41,892 nucleotides of DNA from an uncultured Bifidobacterium sp. (lineage in GTDB: Bacteria > Actinomycetota > Actinomycetes > S36-B12 > UBA5976), in NCBI GenBank assembly GCA_964655115.1, contig CAZZKM010000008.1, forward strand, positions 1 through 41,892. The letters are read 5' to 3'. The notes under the pieces are model-generated. The model was not told where the DNA came from, made no database searches, and was given only the letters and a program-made list of their open reading frames with translations. Below are positions 22,618 through 33,000 of the stretch, piece after piece (the first letter of the stretch is position 1; each line of letters begins with the position of its first letter). The position numbers were made by a program, and so were the translations under genes.

Positions 22618-24144
22618 TCAGTCTAAAGTGTTGGAAATTGCTATTGCCTTGAGTACTACTGCTGCCTTGTTCTGGCATTCCAAATCCTCATTTTCAGGTG
22701 TTGAATCTGCCACAACACCAGCGCCTGCTTGAACATATGCTCTTTTGTCTTTTATTAATGCTGTTCGAATAGTTATAGCCATATCCATATTCCCTGCAAA
22801 ATCAAAATAACCAAGTGCTCCACCATAAATTCCTCGAGTCACTGGTTCTAATTCATCAATTATTTCCATGGCTCGAACTTTTGGAGCGCCAGACAATGTA
22901 CCCGCAGGAAAAGTTGACTTCAAGGCATCTAGAACTGTAACTGAATCATTAAGTTGTCCAGTAATTGTTGAAACCAAATGCATAACATGAGAATATTTTT
23001 CGACTTGCATGAATTGAGTAACCTCAATTGATCCAGGTTTACAAAATCTTCCCAAATCGTTTCTTCCTAAATCAACCAACATTAAATGCTCTGCTTTTTC
23101 TTTTTCGTCATTTAATAAGTCATTAGCTAATTTTTCATCATCTATTTCATTTTTTGCTCTAGGTCTTGTTCCTGCAATTGGATGAATCAAAGCGTGTCGA
23201 TTATTAATACTTATCAAAGCTTCAGGACTAGAGCCAACTATTTCGAATTCACTGGTTTTAAAATCTTTACTTGGAAAGTTTATGTAATACATATATGGAC
23301 TTGGATTTGAATTTCGCAAAATACGATAGATATCTAAACCACTTTTTTTACAATCGATTTCAAACCTTTGAGATAAAACTATTTGAAATGCATCACCGGC
23401 TTCGATATATTCGATAGCTTTTTTAACAGAATTTTGATATTCATCACTTTTGGTTCGTCTTTCATATTTCAAATCTGAAACAGACACAACATTTAATGGA
23501 TTTAAAGACTTGGTTGAGGCTAATTTAACTCGCATTTTTTCTATTCTATCTATGCAATCGGCGTAGGCTTCTTCAACTCTTTGGTCAGTTCCGTCGTAGT
23601 TGACTGCGTTTGCGATAAGCCAAACAGTTGCATCAGAATGATCTAAAACTGCAAAATCAGTTGTTAATAATAAAAATAAGTCTGGAACTCTTGTTTCATT
23701 TGGATTCTTGTTAGGTATTTTTTCAAAAATTCGAACGATGTCATAACTTAAATATCCGACTAACCCACCAGTCAAAGGTGGTAATGCTTCAAAATTTTTT
23801 GTTTTGAGAAAATCTAAAGATTGAGTCAAAACTTCCCAAATCGGCTCGTCGTTAATTAAACCTTTTGGTGTTTTTCCACTCCAAAATCCTTTTCCATTTT
23901 CTTCACGCAAAACTGCCGCGCTAGAAACTCCCACAAATGAGTAACGTGACCAGTTCTTACCATTTTCAGCTGATTCCAATAGAAAAGTTCCAGGTAAATT
24001 TTCGGTCAGTGTTTGATACAGGCCAACGGGAGTAAAAGTGTCTGCCATCAATTGAACTGCAACTGGAATAACTCTTCTACTTTTAGCTAAGTCCTTAAAT
24101 TCTTCTAAATTTGGAAATATTATGCCAATATTTTTGTCATTCAT
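22618..24144 (-). CDS. trpE: anthranilate synthase component I
   Basis: FLLESAE...[54 protein letters not shown]; start reassigned to ATG 24144 (8-nt overlap with hisI). Confidence 0.96.
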   Translation of the reverse strand: MNDKNIGIIFPNLEEFKDLAKSRRVIPVAVQLMADTFTPVGLYQTLTENLPGTFLLESAENGKNWSRYSFVGVSSAAVLREENGKGFWSGKTPKGLINDEPIWEVLTQSLDFLKTKNFEALPPLTGGLVGYLSYDIVRIFEKIPNKNPNETRVPDLFLLLTTDFAVLDHSDATVWLIANAVNYDGTDQRVEEAYADCIDRIEKMRVKLASTKSLNPLNVVSVSDLKYERRTKSDEYQNSVKKAIEYIEAGDAFQIVLSQRFEIDCKKSGLDIYRILRNSNPSPYMYYINFPSKDFKTSEFEIVGSSPEALISINNRHALIHPIAGTRPRAKNEIDDEKLANDLLNDEKEKAEHLMLVDLGRNDLGRFCKPGSIEVTQFMQVEKYSHVMHLVSTITGQLNDSVTVLDALKSTFPAGTLSGAPKVRAMEIIDELEPVTRGIYGGALGYFDFAGNMDMAITIRTALIKDKRAYVQAGAGVVADSTPENEDLECQNKAAVVLKAIAISNTLD

Positions 24145-24499
24145 TTTTTGACCAAATAAGATTTTCGTCAAAACAAGAATGCGCACCAGTGTGGCAAGCA
24201 TTACCCTTTTGATCAACTTTTAATAAAAGAGTGTCTTTGTCACAATCTAGTTTCATTTCTATTAAAAATTGTTTATTTCCTGATTCTTCACCTTTGACCC
24301 ATAATTTTTTTCTTGATCTGGAATAGTAGGTAACTTCACCGGTAGTAAGCGTATTTTCAAAAGCTTCTTTATTCATCCAGGCGTGCATTAGGATTTCATT
24401 TGATTTAACATCAATTGCAACGGCAGGTATTAATCCTGCTTCATTTAGTTTAAGACTTGTCCAAACTTCGTTAATTTCATGTTTTGACATTAAATTCAT
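24137..24499 (-). CDS. hisI: phosphoribosyl-AMP cyclohydrolase
   Basis: GLIPAV, YYSRSRKKLWVKGEESG, DCDKD, ACHTG..SCF; start ATG 24499 or 24490 (the longer ORF-track start overlaps the divergent gene). Confidence 0.95.
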   Translation of the reverse strand: MNLMSKHEINEVWTSLKLNEAGLIPAVAIDVKSNEILMHAWMNKEAFENTLTTGEVTYYSRSRKKLWVKGEESGNKQFLIEMKLDCDKDTLLLKVDQKGNACHTGAHSCFDENLIWSKNE

Positions 24500-24529
24500 A
24501 GTTATATTCTCGCTTATTGCATATCCAAC

Positions 24530-24558
24530 TTGTAAGCATGGGTGTGAAGACTTATTCT
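24530..24558 (+). promoter_or_regulatory. sigma-70-type promoter for a probably leaderless transcript
   Basis: TTGTAA (24530-24535), 17 nt, TATTCT (24553-24558), 6 nt, ATG 24565; no SD. Confidence 0.65.
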
Positions 24559-24564
24559 TTTTAT

Positions 24565-25194
24565 ATGACCTCATTTGCAAAAAGAGAAAGAAGTGCGATT
24601 TGCCAAACACTTCGCCAACTTGGACCTGATCAATTAACACTTTGCCAAGGATGGACCACTAAAGATTTATTAGTGCATTTAATAGTTAGAGAAAATAGAC
24701 CAGATGCAGCAGTAGGGCTATTTGTGCCGTTTTTTAATTCTTATACCAAATCTATATCTACTAAATACCAGGATAAAAGTTTTGAAGAGTTAATTTCAAT
24801 TTTTGAAAATGGTCCTAAATCTCCTTCACCTTTTGCCATCCCAAAAGTAGATGAACTGGCCAATACTTTTGAGTTTTTGGTCCATCATGAAGATATTTTA
24901 CGTGCACAAGATAATTATCAACCTAGGCAATTCACAGAAGAGGATTCAAAATTACTTTGGTCTAGATTTACTAAATCCGCAGTCTTTTTCATGCGCAAAG
25001 TAAAAGTTGGTGTAATTGCAAAGACTGATCAAGGCACTTACACATTAAAAAGAGGAAATGATGCAGTGACAATTTCAGGAAATATTGTTGATTTAGTTAT
25101 GTTTGCATTTGGTAGACAAAACAAAACCGAAATTGTTTTCGAAGGAGATCCTTTAGCAGTTCAAAAATTGAAAAATTCAGACCTTAGTCTCTGA
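24565..25194 (+). CDS. TIGR03085-like putative metal-binding protein (MDMPI/DinB superfamily)
   Basis: [23 protein letters not shown] and [13 protein letters not shown] motifs; typical opposite-strand position between hisF and hisI; start reassigned to ATG 24565. Confidence 0.85.
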   Translation: MTSFAKRERSAICQTLRQLGPDQLTLCQGWTTKDLLVHLIVRENRPDAAVGLFVPFFNSYTKSISTKYQDKSFEELISIFENGPKSPSPFAIPKVDELANTFEFLVHHEDILRAQDNYQPRQFTEEDSKLLWSRFTKSAVFFMRKVKVGVIAKTDQGTYTLKRGNDAVTISGNIVDLVMFAFGRQNKTEIVFEGDPLAVQKLKNSDLSL

Positions 25195-25954
25195 CTTCAA
25201 AACCAGACTTTTTCAAATTTTTCTTTACATCACTAATTCGAACTTCTCCAAAATGAAAAACGCTTGCGGCAAGTAGTGCATCTGCTCCGCTTTTAGCCGC
25301 TGATACAAAGTCCTCGACTTTTCCTGCTCCACCACTAGCAATTATTGGCACTTTTGCAATCTGCTTGACTTTTTCAATTAATTCCAAATCGAATCCGTCT
25401 TTAGTTCCATCTTTATCCATAGAATTCAACAGAATTTCTCCACAACCTCTATCCATAGACTCCTTTATCCAAGAAAAAGCATCAATTTCAGCTGATTTTG
25501 TTCCACCATGTGTTGTTACTTCAAAACCTGATTTTGCATAACTTTTATTAGATCTTTTTGCATCTATGGAAATCACTAGTACTTGAGAACCAAACTTATT
25601 AGCAATTTGATTAATTAAATTTGGATTTGTAATTGCACTGGTATTGATGGAAACCTTATCGGCACCAGCTCTTAGTAACTGATCTACATCCTCAACACTT
25701 CTAATGCCACCTCCCACAGTTAATGGAATAAAAACGTTTTCTGCAGTTTGTCTAACTACTTCAAGAATTGTCTTTTCATTATTTTTAGAAGCTGAAATAT
25801 CTAAGAAAGTTAATTCGTCAGCTCCACTTTGAGAATAAATTGAGGCAAGTTCAACAGGATCCCCCGCATCTTTTAAATTCTGAAAATTAACTCCCTTTAC
25901 AACTCTTTTATTTTCGACATCTAAACATGGGATAATTCTTATTGCTAAAGTCAT
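25184..25954 (-). CDS. hisF: imidazole glycerol phosphate synthase cyclase subunit
   Basis: [56 protein letters not shown]; ATG 25954. Confidence 0.98.
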   Translation of the reverse strand: MTLAIRIIPCLDVENKRVVKGVNFQNLKDAGDPVELASIYSQSGADELTFLDISASKNNEKTILEVVRQTAENVFIPLTVGGGIRSVEDVDQLLRAGADKVSINTSAITNPNLINQIANKFGSQVLVISIDAKRSNKSYAKSGFEVTTHGGTKSAEIDAFSWIKESMDRGCGEILLNSMDKDGTKDGFDLELIEKVKQIAKVPIIASGGAGKVEDFVSAAKSGADALLAASVFHFGEVRISDVKKNLKKSGFEVRD

Positions 25955-25955
25955 T

Positions 25956-26678
25956 TCAGCCTGCAACCTCAAGAGCTTGTTTCAAGGTAAATTTATTGGA
26001 ATAAAGTGCTTTACCAACAATTGCACCTTCAACGCCAAGTGGGACTAAAGTTTTTAATTTAACTAAATCCTCTATTTCAGAAATTCCCCCTGATGCAATA
26101 AGTGGTTTTTTTGTAAATTTGGTAATTTCAATAAGTAAATCTATATTTGGTCCAGTTAATGTTCCATCCTTTGTCACATCTGTTACAACATATCTAGAAG
26201 CATTATCTTCATCTAATCTTTTTAATGTTTCAAAAAGATCTCCCCCATCTTTGGTCCATCCTCTTGCGGCAAGAGTTCTACCACGAACATCTAAACCAAT
26301 AGCAATTTTGTCTTGATGTAATTTGATAACTTTTTTTGTCCACTCAGGATTTTCTAATGCAGCTGTTCCCAAATTAATTCTTTTTGCGCCAGTAGAAAGA
26401 GCATTATTTAGAGAATCATCATCTCGGATGCCCCCTGAAAGTTCAACTTTAATATCAAGTTTTTCTACAACTTCTTTAAGTAATGAAAAATTATTTCCTT
26501 TTCCAAAAGCTGCGTCTAAATCAACTAGATGTATCCATTCTGCGCCTTGTTCTTGAAAATTTATTGCCGCCTCAAGTGGTGAACCATATACAGTCTCGCT
26601 ACCTAACTCGCCTTGAACTAAGCGAACTGCTTGGCCGTTTGAAACATCGACTGCTGGAAGAAGAATTAATTTATTCAT
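25956..26678 (-). CDS. priA: HisA/TrpF bifunctional phosphoribosyl isomerase PriA
   Basis: [57 protein letters not shown] closely match actinobacterial PriA; no trpF in the trp cluster. Confidence 0.92.
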   Translation of the reverse strand: MNKLILLPAVDVSNGQAVRLVQGELGSETVYGSPLEAAINFQEQGAEWIHLVDLDAAFGKGNNFSLLKEVVEKLDIKVELSGGIRDDDSLNNALSTGAKRINLGTAALENPEWTKKVIKLHQDKIAIGLDVRGRTLAARGWTKDGGDLFETLKRLDEDNASRYVVTDVTKDGTLTGPNIDLLIEITKFTKKPLIASGGISEIEDLVKLKTLVPLGVEGAIVGKALYSNKFTLKQALEVAG

Positions 26679-27308
26679 TTAAAAACTTTCCAGCCAATTT
26701 TTCAAAAGTAAAATTCCTGCTTCTCCGGACTTTTCTGGATGAAATTGTGTTGCTACCAATGCATTATTTTCGACACTTGCTAGAAACCTTTCTCCATACG
26801 TTGTGTAATGCTTCAAAGGTTTTTCAAATACTTCAGAATCTTTCATTCTTAAATCTTTTGCTGCATAAGAATGGACAAAATAAAATTTTTGATCTTCAAC
26901 ACCTTTAAAAATTTTGCTTTTATCATCAACAATTACTTCATTCCAACCCATATGAGGAAGAATCGAATGCTTAATTTCATCTACAACGCCAGGCCACTGA
27001 CCCAAGCCTGAGGTTGTTTCTCCATGCTCTGTGCCTTGCTCAAACATGATTTGCATTCCTACACAAATGCCTAAAACGTTTCTTCCTCCAGATAGTCTTT
27101 TGTCAACAATTTCATTTGCTCTAACATTTAGAATTCCTTGCATGCAAGCTTTGAACGCACCAACTCCTGGAATCACCAAACCATCCGCATTTAAACAATT
27201 CTGATAGTCATTAGTTATTTCTGCTTGCGCCCCTATTTTTTGGAATACTTTTTGCGCAGATCTTATATTGCCAAAACCGTAATCAAGAATAACTATTTTT
27301 TTAGTCAT
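26679..27308 (-). CDS. hisH: imidazole glycerol phosphate synthase glutaminase subunit
   Basis: DYGFGN, PGVGAF, GICVGMQ, PHMGWN, FYFVHSY, QFHPEKS. Confidence 0.97.
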   Translation of the reverse strand: MTKKIVILDYGFGNIRSAQKVFQKIGAQAEITNDYQNCLNADGLVIPGVGAFKACMQGILNVRANEIVDKRLSGGRNVLGICVGMQIMFEQGTEHGETTSGLGQWPGVVDEIKHSILPHMGWNEVIVDDKSKIFKGVEDQKFYFVHSYAAKDLRMKDSEVFEKPLKHYTTYGERFLASVENNALVATQFHPEKSGEAGILLLKNWLESF

Positions 27309-27330
27309 AAAATTTAATTTTTAACAATAA

Positions 27331-27918
27331 TTACAAGACACCTTTTGTTGAAGGAATTCCAATAGATTTTGCATCTAAAGAAACTGCCTCTCTTAAGGCT
27401 CTTGCAACTGCCTTAAATTGCGCTTCAACAACATGGTGTGCATTTCTGCCTTCTAAAACTTTAATGTGCAAAGTGATATCAGAACTATTAACAAATGATT
27501 CCCAAATATGTTTAGTTAAAGTAGTGTCATAAGTACCAATCATCGGCGCAATTTCAGTTTCGTGATGAACCAAATATGGTCGTCCTGATAAATCAACTGC
27601 TGCTCTAACTAGAACTTCATCTAGTGGCAAAGTTGCATCTCCATACCTTTTTATTCCTGACTTATCACCTAAAGATTCTTTAAAAGCTTGTCCAAGAGCA
27701 ATTGCTGTATCTTCAATCGTGTGATGTTCATCTACAACAACATCGCCAATTGTTTTTATTTTTAAATCAAAAGCTGCATGTTTACCAAGTTGACTTAACA
27801 TGTGATCGTAAAAAGGAACACCAGTTTCGATAGAAACATTTCCAGTTCCATCTAGATTTATTTCGACCGAAACATCACTTTCTTTTGTTTTTCGGGAAAC
27901 TTTTCCAACTCTGTTCAT
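27331..27918 (-). CDS. hisB: imidazoleglycerol-phosphate dehydratase
   Basis: RKTKES, FYDHML, DEHHTIED, NAHHVVEAQFKA, PSTKG. Confidence 0.98.
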   Translation of the reverse strand: MNRVGKVSRKTKESDVSVEINLDGTGNVSIETGVPFYDHMLSQLGKHAAFDLKIKTIGDVVVDEHHTIEDTAIALGQAFKESLGDKSGIKRYGDATLPLDEVLVRAAVDLSGRPYLVHHETEIAPMIGTYDTTLTKHIWESFVNSSDITLHIKVLEGRNAHHVVEAQFKAVARALREAVSLDAKSIGIPSTKGVL

Positions 27919-27972
27919 TAATCCTCTTTCTCTGTTTTCATGTTATAAGAAACTTATACACATTTGATTTAT

Positions 27973-29271
27973 TTACTTGTTGTTTTCAAGCCTTATGTCA
28001 ACTGCTTGAGCATGGGCTGGTAAATCTTCAGCATGCGCCAAAACTCTCAAGTGATTCGCAGCATCCTTCAAAGCATCTTGCGAGTATTCAATTAACTGAA
28101 CTGATTTAAGAAAAGTCTGCACATTTAATCCTGAAGAATGGCAAGCACAACCTCCTGTAGGTAGCACATGATTGCTACCTGCCAAATAATCACCTAAAGA
28201 AACTGGAGTATTTGGACCCACAAAAATTGCACCCGCATTCTCAATTTTAGAAACTACATTTGTTAAATCATTAGTATGAATTTCTAAATGCTCAGCAGCA
28301 ATATCGTTTATGACTTCTATCCCCTGTTCAACATTTTTGACAATGACTATGGCGCTTTGTTTTCCTTGAAGAGCTTGCTTGATTCGTTCAGCATGTTTAG
28401 TTTGTGGAACTTGTATCTCTAATTCTTGTTTTACTTGAATTGCTAAATCTTTTGAATTTGTAACTAAGATGCTGGATGCGATGACATCGTGTTCTGCTTG
28501 ACTTATTAAATCAGCAGCGATCCATTTAGGATTTCCTGTTTCATCAGCAAGTATTGCTATTTCAGTTGGTCCTGCTTCGCTGTCTATGGCAACTACACTT
28601 CTTACTTTTCTTTTGGCAGCAGTTACATAAACGTTACCTGGCCCTGTTATTAAGTTAACTCTTTTACAGGATTTAGTTCCGTATGCAAACATTGCAATTG
28701 CTTGAGCCCCACCCGCACTATAAATTTCATCAATCTCTAAAAGTTTGCAAGCAGCAAGAATTGTTTTATTTGGCCAGCCATCATTTTCTTTTTGAGAGGG
28801 ACTACTTACTGCTATTGATTTAACTCCTGCAACTTTGGCAGGTACAACATTCATCACAACACTTGATGGATAAACAGCTTGTCCCCCTGGAACATATAAA
28901 CCAACTCGAGAAACCGGAATATATTTTTGGGTAACAAAACCATTTTCTACAACCTTGGTTTGATTTTCACCTTTTAATTGCGATTGATGAACTTTTGTGG
29001 CTCTTTTTATTGATTCTTTTAAAGCCTCTAATACGTCTGGTGACATTTCTTCATATGCTTTATCAATTACTGATTGGGGAACTCTAAGCGATTTTGATTT
29101 AACTCCATCAAATTTTTCGTTCCAATTAAGAACCGCTTCGTCACCATTTTTTTCAACATCAAACAAAACTGGATTTATTTGATTCAAAGCTGCTTCAACA
29201 TCAAGTTGCGCTCGAGGCACAACTGGTGATGAAATTTGGTCAATTTCACTCACATCAATTATTTGAATCAT
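27973..29271 (-). CDS. hisD: histidinol dehydrogenase
   Basis: GLYVPGG, GGAQAIA, GPGNVYV, DSEAGPTE, SQAEHD, GDYLAGSNHVLPT. Confidence 0.98.
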   Translation of the reverse strand: MIQIIDVSEIDQISSPVVPRAQLDVEAALNQINPVLFDVEKNGDEAVLNWNEKFDGVKSKSLRVPQSVIDKAYEEMSPDVLEALKESIKRATKVHQSQLKGENQTKVVENGFVTQKYIPVSRVGLYVPGGQAVYPSSVVMNVVPAKVAGVKSIAVSSPSQKENDGWPNKTILAACKLLEIDEIYSAGGAQAIAMFAYGTKSCKRVNLITGPGNVYVTAAKRKVRSVVAIDSEAGPTEIAILADETGNPKWIAADLISQAEHDVIASSILVTNSKDLAIQVKQELEIQVPQTKHAERIKQALQGKQSAIVIVKNVEQGIEVINDIAAEHLEIHTNDLTNVVSKIENAGAIFVGPNTPVSLGDYLAGSNHVLPTGGCACHSSGLNVQTFLKSVQLIEYSQDALKDAANHLRVLAHAEDLPAHAQAVDIRLENNK

Positions 29272-29277
29272 AATTCA

Positions 29278-29316
29278 ATGTTACGGGATGCGAAATTTTA
29301 AACTTTCACATATTCT
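29278..29316. promoter_or_regulatory. back-to-back candidate leaderless promoters for hisD (-) and the Lon-N gene (+)
   Basis: Minus: TAACAT (29278-29283), 6 nt, ATG 29271. Plus: TATTCT (29311-29316), 6 nt, ATG 29323. Neither start has an SD. Confidence 0.55.
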
Positions 29317-29322
29317 TTCATC

Positions 29323-30000
29323 ATGAGAAGTTCTGATTCAGATTCAAAATCGCTTCCAATATTTCCTTTAAGCACTGTTTTAATGCCAGGGCAAGTAATG
29401 CCATTGCATATTTTTGAAAACCGTTATCGAGCTTTGATGAGTGACTTATTGGCTTTACCTGAAGTTGAGCGTCGATTTGGAATTATTTCAATTAAAAGAG
29501 GTAACGAAGTAAAAGATGAATTACCAGTTCTTGCAGATATAGGTACAGTCGCAGTTTTACGAAAAAGCACCACAAATGAAGATGGTACTTTTGAAATTCT
29601 GGTTATCGGTGGCCAACGATTCAATCTTTTATCAGTTTCCAAAGATAAGGCTCCATATCTTGTTGCAGAGATAAAGATTAGAAAAGAAGCAGAAACTGAA
29701 TTTGATACCGCTTCACTAACTTTGGCAAAAGAAAAATGTGACGAATTTATGATGATGTTTGATGCTGATAATGACAATGCTTCGCAAAAACTTCCCGACT
29801 CACCTTCAAGCTTAAGTTTTTTACTGTCAAGTCTTTTACCAATTAATAATTTAGAAAAACAAAATTTACTAGAAATTGATGATCCAAATGTGCGACTTAA
29901 AAAAGTTTTAAAAATAATCAATCGTGAAACTATTTTGATGCAAGAAATACCTTCTGTACCCGCTCCATTTTTAACAAAAACTAAAATTAGTCTTAATTAA
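29323..30000 (+). CDS. stand-alone Lon peptidase N-terminal (substrate-binding, PUA-like) domain protein
   Basis: LPIFPLSTVLMPG..MPLHIFENRYRALM, GG.RF, EKQNLLE...VRL; no AAA+ or protease domain. Confidence 0.88.
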   Translation: MRSSDSDSKSLPIFPLSTVLMPGQVMPLHIFENRYRALMSDLLALPEVERRFGIISIKRGNEVKDELPVLADIGTVAVLRKSTTNEDGTFEILVIGGQRFNLLSVSKDKAPYLVAEIKIRKEAETEFDTASLTLAKEKCDEFMMMFDADNDNASQKLPDSPSSLSFLLSSLLPINNLEKQNLLEIDDPNVRLKKVLKIINRETILMQEIPSVPAPFLTKTKISLN

Positions 30001-33000
30001 GCAACCGCACTAGGTCCAAGTAGTGCTTTTAATTCTCCAAATAATGCAGATGTTGGTTCAACTTTTAATCTCTCATCAATCTTCATCACCGTGGTCTTTT
30101 CTCCATTAATAATGTGAAGATGAACTTCAACTGTTCCAGGGTGAGTCTGCAAAACGGATTTAATTGAATCAACCATTGGTGGTGTGCATCTGGCGGCATT
30201 TAATTTAACTACTACGGGAGAAGTTCTTTGTTGATTTAAATCTGGAACTGAAAAATCCAAAGCAACTAACCTTGGACTTTCCTCTTCTCTTGCATCAATT
30301 TTTGCTTTAACAGATAAAATTGCATCTTCATGAATTAAATTTGCGGTATTTGCATAGGTCTGTGAAAAAACCATTAAATCAACTGAACCCGCTAAGTCTT
30401 CCAGAGTAACAATTGCCCAATTAGCACCTTGTTTTGTAACTTTTCTTTGAATGTTTGTTACAAGACCTGCGACAGTGACAATGTCTGCGTCGTTTTTATT
30501 GCCGTGTGCAATATCTGCAATTTGCGTATCAGAAAATCTTGAAAGTAAATGCTCAATTCCTAAAAGAGGATGGTCACTTACATATAGCCCAAGCATTTGT
30601 CTTTCAAAATTTAACAGCGCTGCCTTTTCCCATTCTTCATTTGGAATTACTAATTCAGTGCCAGTAATACCAACACTTTCTTTACTTGAACCAAATAAAT
30701 CATATTGACCGATTGCCTCTGCTTTTTTAGATTCTGTTGCACTATCTACCGCTTCAATATGGATACTTAATAAACCTTTTCGGGAATGGCTCAATGAATC
30801 AAATGCGCCAGCTTTAATTAAGGATTCAATAACTCTTTTGCTACATACAGTTGATTCAACTTTATTTAAAAAGTCAAAAAAGTCTGTAAATCTTTCATGT
30901 TTTCCTCTGGAGTTAATCAAAGAATCCACCACATTTTCCCCAACATTTTTAATGGCAGATAAACCAAAGCGAATATCTTTTCCAATTGGCGCAAATTCAC
31001 TTAAAGATTCGTTTACATCTGGTGGTAAAACTTTTATACCCATTTTGCGGCACTCATTTAAATAAATTGCTAATTTGTCTCTGTCATCTTTGACGCTGGA
31101 CAAAAGTGCAGCCATATATTCAGAAGGAAAATTAGCTTTTAGATAAGCAGTCCAATATGAGACCAGTCCGTAGCCAGCGGTGTGTGCTCTATTAAAGGCG
31201 TAATCAGAAAACGGGACAAGTATTTCCCATAACTTGTTAATCGCATCCTCTGAATATTTGTTTGCTCTCATTCCATCTCTGAAAGGGATAAATTCTTTAT
31301 CAAGAATTGATTTCTTCTTTTTACCCATGGCTCGTCTTAAAAGATCTGCTTTGCCTAGCGAATAACCAGCTAATTTTTGAGCAATCGCCATTACTTGCTC
31401 TTGATAAACAATTAATCCGTAAGTATCTTTCAAAATTTCATCTAATGGTTCTGCTAATTCTTCATGAATTGGCACAACTTTAGTTCGATTATTTTTTCTA
31501 TCTGCATAATCGTTGTGAGCATTAACGCCCATTGGTCCTGGACGATATAGCGCCAAAACTGCAGAAATATGTTCGAATTGATCAGGTTGCATTGATCTTA
31601 AAAGCGCTCTCATAGGAGCACCGTCTAACTGAAATACCCCTAAAGTATCTCCCCTACTTAGTAATTCATACGTTGGTTTATCTGTTAACTCCAAATCTTC
31701 TAAAACAATTTCAATATCTTTGTTTCTTTTAATATGTTCCAAACAATCATCTAAAACTGTTAAATTTCTTAAACCTAAAAAGTCCATCTTTAGTAAACCT
31801 AAAGATTCACATGCACCCATATCAAACTGTGTAATGATTGCGCCATCTTGTTCACGTTTCCATAGCGGTACAACATCAATTAATGGTTCGCGACAAAGAA
31901 TTACACCTGCAGCGTGCACCCCAGGTTGACGTCTTAAACCTTCTAGACCTCTTGCTGTATCAACTATTTTTTGAACTTCAGGATCAACTTTGTATAAAGA
32001 TCTAAATTCACTTGCTTCTGCATATCTTTCATCTTTCTTGTCAAAAATTGCTGCAAGAGACATATCTTTTCCAACTACTGGAGGAGGAATAAGTTTGGTA
32101 ATTTTATCGGAATTTGCAAATGGATAACCTAAAACTCTTGCAGAGTCTTTTATCGCTGCTTTGGCCTTAATTGTTCCGTAAGTAATAATTTGAGCCACAT
32201 GATTTGAACCATATTTATCAGTTGCGTATTTAATCATGTCAGCTCGTCTTTTTTCATCAAAATCAATATCTATATCAGGAAGTGAAACTCTTTCTGGATT
32301 TAAAAATCTTTCAAATAAAAGTCCATGTTTTATCGGATCTAATTCAGTTATACCTAAAGCAAAAGCCACGACAGATCCACCAGCTGAACCTCTGCCGGGA
32401 CCTACTCTTATGCCATTTTCTTTGGCATATCTAACTAGATCTGCAACAACTAGAAAGTAACTTGGAAAACCCATTTGGTTAATTACTTTTATTTCATAGT
32501 TTGCTTGTTCTTGATGTTGAGCCGAGACTTGGTTTTTAAAACGTTTTTTTAAACCTTGATTAACTTCTTTTTCAAGCCATGACTCCTCGGTTTCATTTTC
32601 AGGAACAGAAAATCTCGGCATTAAGTTAGCGCCTTCGAGGAATTTAACTTCGCAACGCTCTGCAATTAATAATGTGTTATCGCAAGCCTCTGGATAATCT
32701 TTCCAAATATCACGCATTTGCGCTGGTGTCTTTAGGTAAAAATCTTGCGCATCAAACTTGAATCTGTTTGGATCACTTAGAGTCGTTCTCGTACCTACAC
32801 AAAGCAACACTTCATGAGAAGCTGCATCTTTTTCATATGTGTAATGAAGGTCATTGGTAGCTACTAAAGGAATCTGTAATTCTTTTGCGATTTTTAATAA
32901 ATCTGGTCTAGTTTTTCTCTCAATATCTAAACCGTGATCCATCAACTCGCAATAAAAATTTTCTTTACCAAATACTTCTTGAAGCTGACCTGCTACGGAT

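Noticed and set aside
24500-24640. Apparent head-to-head overlap of hisI and the TIGR03085 ORF
   Set aside because: Artefact of longest-ORF starts; the likely starts (24499 and 24565) leave a 65-nt divergent promoter region
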